A DNA stretch of 20,850 bases from Peribolospora baueri. Lineage: Eukaryota. How positions within the stretch are numbered: position 1 is the first letter of the stretch; each line of letters opens with the position of its first letter. The notes below the pieces were generated by a model. It saw nothing but the letters and a program-made list of their open reading frames with translations. It made no database searches and had not been told where the DNA came from. Below, one piece after another: positions 12,387 to 20,850 of the stretch. The stretch spans positions 124,001 to 144,850 of the forward strand of contig JAMDHS010000058.1 in the NCBI GenBank assembly GCA_029717555.1, read 5' to 3'. The translations under genes were made by a program, and so were the position numbers.

Positions 12387-13877
12387 TCACCATATCTCCC
12401 GGTCGAGCGCCTTGCGAGCCGCGCCGTCGTAGAGGTCGAGCATCTGCCGTGCGGGCACGCAGTGGGGTGGGGGGTCGTCAGCGCCGCACAGTGTCGGTCG
12501 AAGAAGAAAACAAAAAGGAAAAAAGAAAACGTTGTCCACTCACCCTCACCACCCAACCCCCGATTCCCTTCTCCTCGCCGCCCACAGCCCTCCAGCCCGC
12601 TCTGCCTCCCGCCTTCTCCACCCCCCATACACGCTTCACTTCCTCCACCTCCGTTGTCGTACAAGCAACGGCGGCTTGCATCATGAACCTCGCGAACACG
12701 GCGTAGTCGACGAAACCCGGGGCGGAGCGCGAAGCGAGGAAGAGCGGAGGAGAGCGACCGCCGAGTCCGAGTCCAAGTCCAGGTTGCTCCCCACCCTCGA
12801 CCGGCTCGAGCACGGCCGCCATAGGCAGCAGAGACGCGCGCGCCTCCCTGACCGCCCTCTCCCGGTCCAGTGCGTTCACCTCGGCCCATGCGTTCGGCCG
12901 GCCGAGCTTCGAGTCGGAAGTGAAGTCGGAAGTGAAGTAGGCCCTGCTTGCGGGCAGCATGTTGCGCGCGATGGCGTGGGCGCTCAGTTCGAACAGAGGC
13001 GTCCAGCCCGACGCCAAGTACATGCCTGAGGAGAGCGAAGGCGAAGAGACACGGAGAGAGACGAGAGCGAGAGCGAGCGGCTCGGATGAGGGGGGAGCAA
13101 CACACGCCGAAGACGCAAAAAAGAAAGAAAACTCATCCACCGACCCATCTCGATGATCTTCGCCAAACGGTGCGCCGTCTCGAACGCCGCCCCATCCACC
13201 CGTACGGCTTCTTCACCGGCGGCAGAAGGGGCGAAGAGCGATGGTCCGGAGGTTGGGTACGTCGCTTCGAGCCACCTGAACAGGATCGCATCGCAAAGCA
13301 CGAGAGGGGAAAGAAAGCGAAATCGACCACCCCGTCGGTCAGTGACAAGGCGCCGCCCCGTAAAGCTCCTCCCTCGCACCCACTCAGCAATGCGGAAAGA
13401 GTCGTGAATGAGTGTGCCGTCAGGCAGCTCCACAAACGGCACTGCACCCCCGCCCGCACGAAAAAGGGTAGGCAGGGAGGGTGCGACGTGAGCGGCGAGC
13501 CTTGGACGAACAAAGAAAAGAAAGCGAAGCACAAGGAGACGCACCCAAAGGCCTCTCCATGCCCGTCTTCTCCCTCATCTCCTGCTTCCTCAGCTCGTCC
13601 ACCTCCAGCTCGACGACGATGTGCGGCACGCGCTTGTGCAGGAGCGACAGCCTCGCTTTCTGTTTCGTCAGGCGCAACCCAGGGGCGAAGCGAAGCGGCT
13701 GACGGTCAGTGAAGCCGATGTGCGCCGACCGCACTCTAGCTAGCTCACCCAGGTGTTGGGCGGCAACAGCGGCCCGTCGGGACGGGTGACGAGGTCGTAG
13801 AGGATGAGCGGGCCGCCGGCGCCGGCGCCGGAGCCGGAGCGGACGGTCTCGGTCTCGGTCTCGGTCTCTGCTGTCAT
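12387..13877 (-). CDS. Glutathione S-transferase, fungal GSTFuA / LigE (beta-etherase)-like; exons 13877-13749, 13659-13545, 13441-13384, 13275-13145, 13025-12544, 12443-12387
   Basis: Spliced protein has LILYDL..PPNTW|KARLSLLHKRVPH, the cis-Pro loop LVPFVELPDGTLIHDSFRIAEWLEATYP (GST N domain), SRAYF, the N-capping motif FLASRSAPGFVDYAVFARF, and a C-terminal WVVRMLDLYDG. Splice phases are consistent. Confidence 0.85.
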
Positions 13878-14182
13878 TGCGTCGGGCGGGGGGGGTGGTG
13901 GTGGGTGGTGGAGGGAAGGGGTAAGGAGAGGCGACGCGACGCGAGACGGTCGCTCGCTCGCTCGTCGGGTACGCTGATAACGGGTCCCAGCCGGGCGAAT
14001 GAGTCACGCAGTCCACTCGTCCGTTGTCGACGGCGATGCAAGCACTGCCACTCGTCAGCTTTTAAGACGGACCCAACTTTTTAAAAAGCCTCTCGATGCG
14101 TTGAAAGAAAGGTGGAAGGACGATCGCGCCGAGCTTCCCGACGATTGCTGGCTTGCAAATCAGATACACGAGGGAAGAAAGA

Positions 14183-15546
14183 TCACTCTCGCTCCTCTTC
14201 TTCGTCCCGGCCTTCCACATCTTCCTCTCTTCGACCCTCGCCGCCTTCTTCCTCCTCGCTCTCCACCTCCTCATCTCCCTCTCCGTCACCTTCCTCCTCC
14301 TGTTCCTCCTGTCCATCTTGTTCCTCCGCCTCCGCGCCGCCCTCCTCGGCCTCCTCCTCCTCCTCAGCGTCCACCTCCATCGCCAACTCGTCAACCTCCT
14401 CCGCGGACACCCCACCGCTCGCCGGCGGCTTCCCCTTGTCCTTGTCCTTGCCCGCCGCTAACCCCTTCCCAGCCCCACCACCCTTGCCCCTCCCCTTGCC
14501 CGTCGTCTTGCCCACCGGCGCGTCCGCTGTGGACGCCGCAGACAGTCGACTTCGCTTGGCCTTGTTCAAGGCTCGATAGGCTGTAGCCGCCGGTCGGCCG
14601 GTCGGTCGGAGACGAGACGAGGAGCGTCAGGGGGGAAAACCAAAGAAAAGAAACGGCCATCCCGCTGCACGCAACATCTCCCACCCACCTTCCAACTCTT
14701 TCTTCAGCTCTTCCCTCATCCCGTCCCCCAATCCAGCCATGCGCACCGCCACCAACACGTCTTCCGCTGCGATCGTCTTGCGCGACTTGGCCGTCGCGTT
14801 GTCTTGTGCGCTGGAGAGGAAGAACAAGCCGAGCGGGAGTGGGCCGAAAAAGACAGAGGGACAAAAGCGACGAGACTCGTATTGAGCGACGTCTCGATCA
14901 AGTCCCAAGCCGTCGCAAGCGCAATGGCAGAAGCGCAAAAAGAAAGACTCACGTCGCAGCTGATCAGGTGACACAAAGGGCAGAGGGATCCGTCAATCAT
15001 CACACACTTGTAGCAGAGACGGAGGGGGAAAAAAGAAGGCTCTCACCGAGGTAATTGATGAACACGGTGGAAGCCTTGGTGAGAGCAAGAATGACCTCCT
15101 TCTGGAGCTTGACGTTGTCCGGAAGCTACACGACCCGGCGAAGGGGTGTGGCGTCAGCGCGGCGACAAGAGGATCATGAGAAAGAGAAGGCGAATGAACA
15201 TCGGCTCCACGCCGTGATCCACGCAGGCTCTCGACTCTTCGAGTCCTAGTCCAACTCCATCCGCCCGTCCGCCCGCCCGCAAAGTCTGATCGCTCACCTC
15301 GCCCTTGACGAGCCTCGTCAACACTGTCCTCGGCACCTCAAACGCCTCAATGCCCTGGTTCTCCCTCGCAGCCTCCTGCGCGGCCTGCTTCCGCGTCGGA
15401 GCCTGTGCCGCCTCCACCGCGTCTCCGTCATAGCCTACCGGCGCCGCACCAGCGCCGGCATCGGGGGTCGGCGGGTTACGCGCCGCGGCGGCGGCCGAGG
15501 CTCGGGATGGCGGGGGAGAGAGGGAGGGGGAGATGGAGTCAGCCAT
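14183..15546 (-). CDS. DPB4: DNA polymerase epsilon / CHRAC histone-fold subunit Dpb4 (POLE3/CHRAC17); exons 15546-15298, 15125-15047, 14959-14953, 14810-14689, 14580-14183
   Basis: GIEAFEVPRTVLTRLVKGE|LPDNVKLQKEVILALTKASTVFINYL|AAT|AQDNATAKSRKTIAAEDVLVAV is an NF-YB/H2B-like histone fold with the Dpb4-typical STVFINYL, followed by a long acidic tail. Confidence 0.9.
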
Positions 15547-16249
15547 GTAGCGCGTTGGTCGCTTGGAGGAAGCGTAGAGGGACGGGAAAGGAAAAAAAAA
15601 ACACTCGGGGAGAAGGAGACGGCGACGGATAGGGACGAGGACGAGGAGGACGATGGAGGAAGGACGCGAGGTGAGGACGCTTACGTAATGTGGACGCGGC
15701 GCGCAAGTAGCGTGCTTTGGACGCTCTCTCTAGCAAAGACGATCGAAGGTGACGTCCGAAGATGTGACCAGCAAGCGTTCCTTCTCCGCCCCCTTTTCAA
15801 ACAGAAATAAACTTGGAACTGGTTTTTGCTTCATGGAGAGACGGTGTGCACTCCCAGAAGGACGACGGAAGATGGATCACGTGCGCAGCCCGCACAGAAC
15901 CTGCTCTCGCATGCTTACTTGGACTCCGCTCGTGAGGAAGAGTCGCTTGCGCGCTCTTCTGTCTACTTTTTTATACCTGTGTAGCTAATTTGCCATCACT
16001 TCTCCCCAGTTCTGCGCCCGCGCCGTAACCGGCACCATAGCCCTGGGCGCCCGCCGCCGCGGCGGAGTTGATCGGCGCTGGGCAGGAGCGAGCACCTTGC
16101 TGCGGCAGCCTCGCGGGGCGCGGACGAACCACGCCAAAGTGTGCAATTTGTCCCATTTCCTCTCCGTGACCACCAGCTCCGTTCGCATCGGCATCTCACC
16201 GTCACAGCAGCGACAACTGAAACGCACATACACTTCCTTCCTGCATGCC

Positions 16250-17916
16250 ATGTCCGTCCTCACCATCTCCTCGACCGTCAAGCTCAACTCGGGTGAGGGA
16301 GCCATCTGTTCAACCGCACACCGGCGGGCCGGCCCGGCCTCCAAGCCATGCGCATTCTTCTCAGCCTTCCCACTCTCCCTCCAGGCCACTCCATGCCCCT
16401 CCTCGGCCTTGGCGTCTACCGCACCAGCGGAAGCGTCATAAGTGAGGTTGTCCACACCGCTCTCAAGGCGGGCTATCGCCACTTTGACAGTGCTCAGATG
16501 TACCAGAGTGAGTGCCCAGCTCCTGCGTTTATTGTCCTGTCCGACTTCGAAGTCCATGGCGAGCGTACGAGACGCAGACTACGGAGCCCTCTCGTGTATT
16601 CTCCGTCTCCTCTTTTGATGGCCGCTCCCATCTGACAGATGAAGCCGAGCTTGGCGACGCGATACGTGCGTCCGGTCAGACGCTCGGCATCCCGCGCTCC
16701 CAGGTGTTCGCCACCTCCAAGACTATGGCCAGCGACGCGGAGTCCGCCGTAGAGCAGAGTCTTGCCGCGAGCAACCTCGACTAGTGAGTTGGCTGACGGC
16801 TTGTCTTCTCCTTTCGACCATCCTTCTCTTCCGCTAGATCTCTGATTTCTTTCCTTCTGCCCTCCTCGACCCACGCAGCTGGGATCTCTACCTTATCCAT
16901 TCTCCCTCCGGGGGACCAGAGCACAGAGAGCGGGCATGGAGGGGCCTGGAGAAGAAGATGAAAGAAGGGAAAGTGAAGAGCATCGGCGTCAGCAATTAGT
17001 GCGTCTCCCTTCCCATCCGCATGCCTAGGTGGACACTCCCACCAGCTAATCGCGCACTTCTCCCATCCCTTCCCTCCCTCTAATCTCAATCTCACACATG
17101 ACCAGCGGCGTCCGCCACCTGGAAGAGATTCGCCAGAATGGTCTCACCATGCCTGCGGTGAACCAGATCGAGCTGCACCCTTGGCTGCAACAGAGGGACA
17201 TTGTGGATTATTGCAGGAAGAACGGCATCGTCGTGCAAGTGAGTGAGCGAGCGGGGCCGAGTGGGACTCGGTATGGGACATTCGCGTCCGACTGGACGAG
17301 AGAAGCTCAGACTGGTCGGATCGTCGCTCACATGTTCGGTTCGGTCGTCGTCGTGGGGGGCGCTACACGCCCGGACAGGCGTATTGTCCGCTCGTGCGAG
17401 GGACGAAAGCGAACGACCGGACGCTGATCAAGATTGCTCAGAAGGTGGGTTCGAACGAACGAGGCCGATCTGCATACGCCGGCAGTTCCCCAGGTCGGAC
17501 TACTCGGCTCGGGACTCATGCGGCAAGGGCAAGAGCAAGGGCATTCACGCATTCCTCTTCCTCCGACGCCAGCGCGACGTATCCTGGGCCCAAGTCCTGA
17601 TCCGATGGAGCCTCCAAAACGGCTTCGTCTCCCTCCCCAAATCCGACAAGCCGCACCGCGTCGAGTCCAACGCCGACGTCTACGCCTGGAGCTTGGACGA
17701 GGAGGAGATGAGGGAACTAAACGCGCTGGATCAAGGACCGGCGGCGACGGTCAGTTGGTGAGTCGGAAACGCGCGCGGTGGCCAACGACGGTCGTTTGCG
17801 GAGCCGTCGGACGGGTCTTGAAAGCGTCCTCTCTTCTTTTTTTTCGTGTGGGCGGATCCGTCCGTTGTAATCGTTTCGTCGTAAGGAAAGGACGCTCTCT
17901 AGTCGACGCCGCCTAG
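16250..17916 (+). CDS. Aldo-keto reductase (AKR5/Gcy1-like); exons 16250-16292, 16385-16507, 16639-16783, 16879-16998, 17106-17238, 17379-17444, 17573-17757 and tentatively 17886-17916
   Basis: VKLNSGHSMPLLGLGVY, GYRHFDSAQMYQNE (catalytic Asp and Tyr), VFATSK (Lys), YWDLYLIHSP (His), GKVKSIGVSNY, PAVNQIELHPW, QVLIRWSLQNG..LPKS. The last exon is uncertain; without splicing the ORF stops at 17761. Confidence 0.92.
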
Positions 17917-18207
17917 CGGTGTCACGCAACGTTCGCCGCTACGAACGAACGAACGAGCGAACGAACGAGCTCGGACCGGGACGACATGTATTCGCGGGCC
18001 CGTCGGGTTTGGGCAAACGGGGCCGTCATGTCATGTACGATGGAAAAAGAAGGAGAGGACGAAATACAGACGAGGGGGAACGAAATTCGGGTCAGTTCGT
18101 TCGCATTCATCGGACGCGTGGGTAGTGGGTATGAATGAGTCGAAGCGAGGACGGCCGTGTCCACCTCCTTTCCTTACGACGGAACGATTACAACGGACGG
18201 ATCCGCC
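17851..18207. repeat. 42-bp inverted repeat (arms 17851-17892 and 18166-18207, 41/42 match, 273-bp spacer)
   Basis: ggcggatccgtccgttgtaatcgtttcgtcgtaaggaaagga versus the reverse complement of tcctttccttacgacggaacgattacaacggacggatccgcc; the only mismatch is T17876 against G18182. Confidence 0.95.
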
Positions 18208-18393
18208 ACCCACGCTCGTCTAAGCGAGCGTTCATCACGTCAAGGCGATCTAGCCTTTCAAAGCAGGCTCGACGACTTCGAGCGCCGCCATGAGCCGCTC
18301 ATCCTCGAACCGGGGCGCGACGAGCTGCAAGCTGACGGGCGCGTTGTCGTATACCGCTCGGTAGGGCTCGTCTGTGCGTCATGGGCGCGCCAA

Positions 18394-18461
<68 letters not shown>
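18394..18461. repeat. 68-nt poly-G/poly-C homopolymer within the last amidase intron
   Basis: Uninterrupted G run lying between the minus-strand donor at 18498 and acceptor at 18372. Confidence 0.9.
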
Positions 18462-18462
<1 letters not shown>

Positions 18463-19346
18463 GCGGCGGCGGCGAAGGACGGGCGGGACACGACTCACAA
18501 TCATTTTGCACTTGCTCATCGAACGCGCTCCACGGACGCCTCTCGGCCTCCTTGTCTCCGGCCGCGGCCAGACCGGCCGGAAAGGAGGCCATCGTTTGCT
18601 CTTCTTCCTCTTCCTCCCACCTAGCGTCCGCGACAGCGTGAGCGGTCCTGCCGGTGGGAAAGACGGCGGCGGGCCAGTCGACGAGGTTCCAAAAGGCGGT
18701 GTAGGCCCAGTAGCGGGCGCGGTCGCGTCGGGACGCTGGGACGGGTTGGACGGGAGTGAGAAGGACGTCAAGGGGGGAAGCGGGGGCGGGATTGGCGGTC
18801 GCGTTGGAGGGGCTGACGTCGAGATGATGAAAGTGGGCGTGGAAAGCGTGGCGAAAATCTTCTCTGCGAGCGTACAGCTAACATCGAAGAAAGAGGGACG
18901 ACGGGGAGGGGACGTGGATAAAAGCCGGGCGGGGAGGGAACGACATGGACGCGTGCGCACGCACCTGCCAGGTTTCCTCAGCCGTGTGGTCCTTGACGGG
19001 AGGGCCGAGGACCCAGTCTGTCAACGGCTGGAGCGGCTCGCCTCCGTCTGCGACGATTTGACAGATGCGCCTGCCGCCGTCGAGGAAGAGAGCTCGCGCT
19101 GGCCGCAAAACACGGATGTGGGGATGGATGGGGGTGACGATGTGCGTCGAAAACAGGAACAAAGCCACCACCACGAGATCGTAGCCTTCCGCGCACCCCC
19201 AAGGCTCGTAGACGTCCAACGTGAGCGGGCCTGCCCTCGTCTCTCCACTTTGTCGCCATCGTCGCGAGTTTGGCCACCACTTCCACCATGGCTCTGCGCA
19301 CGGGCGTGGTGGGGCGCACGACGCCGTCATACCACATGACTCCGAG

Positions 19347-20296
19347 CTCCATGAGTTGCCCGTCAGCGTCAAAGTGAGCGGGCGGGCGAGCGGGCGTTCC
19401 TCCCTCCTTCCTTGCCCTTCTTCCCTACTAACCCACGCAGGACCAGTTTGCTGTCAAGGGCCACGACGCCGCTTGCGGCTTGCTCTCCTGGGCGGGCCAA
19501 AAGGTGGCCCACCACGACGCCCACCTGGTCCAGATCTTGCGCGACGAGGGCGCCGTTCTCTATTGCAAGACCACTTGTGCGTCCCTTCCTTCCCGTCGTC
19601 GTCGTCGTCGCAATCTTGCCCATTTCCCTCGATCTTACGAGTGGACGAGAGTTTGCTACAGTGCCCCAATCGATCATGCACCTCGAGACCGTCTCCTTCC
19701 TCGGACGCACCCTCAACCCGCACAACGTCGCCTTGAGCGCAGGAGGAAGCTCCGGCGGCGAGGGCGCGCTGGTCGCCATGGGCGGCAGTCCCCTCGGCGT
19801 CGGCACCGACATCGGTGAGTTGACTGACTTGCTCTCCATCGTCTCGTCCGTCTCGTTCATCCCCCGTTTCGCTCCCTCGCACGCCTCCATGCTCCATAGG
19901 CCGTTGGCGGCCGCCGGTTGGCGGATGGAACCGCCTGGTGATTTGGAAAGCAGCGGTCATTTCGAAAGCAATTCAAACCGACGAGCACGCGAATGCCCTT
20001 GAGAGGCCTTCACAAGACCATGCCCGGCGCCGACGGCATCCTGAGCACCGCGGGTCCGCTTGCGCGAAGGTGCGTTACCCGATCCCCAGTCCTTCCGTCC
20101 CCCGCCATACAATCCATAAATCAATCCATCCAGCACCTCGTCCTGTCCGTCGCATCACCAAGTCGTCGCGACCTGCTCTTATTCATCACCACCGTCCTAC
20201 AACACTCTCCGCTACCCTCCTCTGTCGATCCCGCCCTCGTCTCCCTCTCCTGGCGACCCTTCCCTTCTTACCCCGCGCCAGCACCGACCCCGTCTC
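19347..20296 (+). other. Inverted core of the amidase gene (exon pieces 19347-19373, 19441-19576, 19662-19814, 19972-20069, 20163-~20296)
   Basis: [109 protein letters not shown], with canonical plus-strand introns. Confidence 0.9.
19891..19971 (-). other. Nested re-inverted segment carrying a 3' splice site and the amidase nucleophile motif
   Basis: The minus strand reads ..aatgaccgctgctttccaaatcaccag|GC GGT TCC ATC CGC CAA CCG GCG GCC GCC AAC GGC CTA TGG AGC = (G)[14 protein letters not shown], the piece missing between plus-strand GTDI and FKPT. Confidence 0.9.
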
Positions 20297-20850
20297 GAGA
20301 ACTTCCGACAGTGTTTCCGGTGCGTCGGAGATGGTCGCCAACTCGGCAGCCCTCTCCAATGCTTCCTCTCCGAACCACGCAGCGAGGCAGCCGGTGAGCT
20401 GGTGCGGGCCAGCTATTCCCAGCATTAACAATGACTAGCCGTAGTTTAGCGTGTTTTACTGCAGCGCAGCGCGGCCAAGGAAGGCGCGGGTGAGGTCGAC
20501 GCTGGAGACGGCTCCCGACCGCAAGCGGTCCAGCAGGTCCGTCGCGTCGGCCTTGGCGGGGTCAGTGAGCCCCCAGTAGGCGGCGTCCAGTCGGTCGCGC
20601 ACGTCGCCGCGGCACCCGAGGCGCTCCAGCATGGACGACCCGGGGCGGGCGTGCGTCTTGCGGGCAGGGGAGGGCGTCGCGAGGTTGGACGAGGTGGGCG
20701 GGCACGTCGGCGAGGACGAGAGAGCGTTAGTAGGCCGCCCTCCCTTGCCAGGGCGCCGCCGAGTCGGGAGGCGTTGGTGGGGCCGGAGGGGGCATCGAAG
20801 GGGGTCTGTGTGCGAGTGCGACGAAACCGGAACGTCGACAATGAAAAAAA

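Larger units (their letters stand above)
18250..20795 (-). pseudogene. Amidase-signature (acetamidase/AmdS-like) pseudogene with nested internal inversions
   Basis: Minus strand N-terminal part: ATG at 20795, WQGRAAY*RSL, DATDLLDRLRSGAVSSVDLTRAFLGRAAL, HQLTGCLAAWFGEEALERAAEL. Plus strand core at ~19347-20295. Minus strand C-terminal part: LGVMWYDGVVRPTTPVRRAM, FLDGG..GGEPLQPLTDW, DVLLTPV..YWAYTAFWNLVDWPAAVFP, YDNAPVSLQLVAPRFEDERLMAAL..KG* (TAG at 18250-18252). An in-frame TAA at 20727-20729 and several frameshifts are present. Confidence 0.9.

Noticed and set aside
18374..19339. 321-aa Gly-rich plus-strand ORF and the poly-Pro minus-strand ORFs
   Set aside because: They arise from the G homopolymer and from antisense or off-frame reading of amidase exons.
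19340..20300. Recombinase-driven phase-variable invertible element, or rescue by trans-splicing
   Set aside because: There are no long inverted repeats and no recombinase gene, the breakpoints are intra-exonic, and independent stop and frameshift lesions would inactivate the gene in any orientation.
19347..20397. An independent plus-strand amidase gene
   Set aside because: It has no N-terminus, C-terminus or GGSIR motif on that strand. The missing parts adjoin it on the minus strand, so it is an inverted part of a single gene.
20430..20465. tRNA-like start (gccgtagtttagcg) in the amidase insertion
   Set aside because: Too short, with no cloverleaf or T-loop (TTCGA) motif; a tRNA call cannot be supported.

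Overview
GC-rich, intron-dense fungal DNA, probably a basidiomycete (GTGAGT/GTGCGT donors, CTGAC/CTAAC-type branch points, (C/T)AG acceptors). Hand-splicing gives five genes: the 5' ~8.7 kb of MEC1/ATR (minus strand, running off the left edge inside the kinase domain), linker histone H1 (minus), a LigE/GSTFuA-like glutathione transferase (minus), DPB4/POLE3 with a 7-nt micro-exon (minus) and an aldo-keto reductase (plus). The most striking feature is a scrambled amidase-signature gene at 18250-20795. Its N- and C-terminal parts are on the minus strand, its ~950-bp core is inverted onto the plus strand, and an ~81-bp piece carrying the catalytic GGSIR serine is flipped back inside that core. 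The gene also has a premature stop, frameshifts, a ~50-bp AT-rich insertion and a 68-nt G run. Next to it, a 42-bp inverted duplication links the amidase 3' flank to the last intron of the aldo-keto reductase. The last 3 kb therefore look like a local template-switching or rearrangement hotspot, or an assembly problem; the sequence alone cannot distinguish these.
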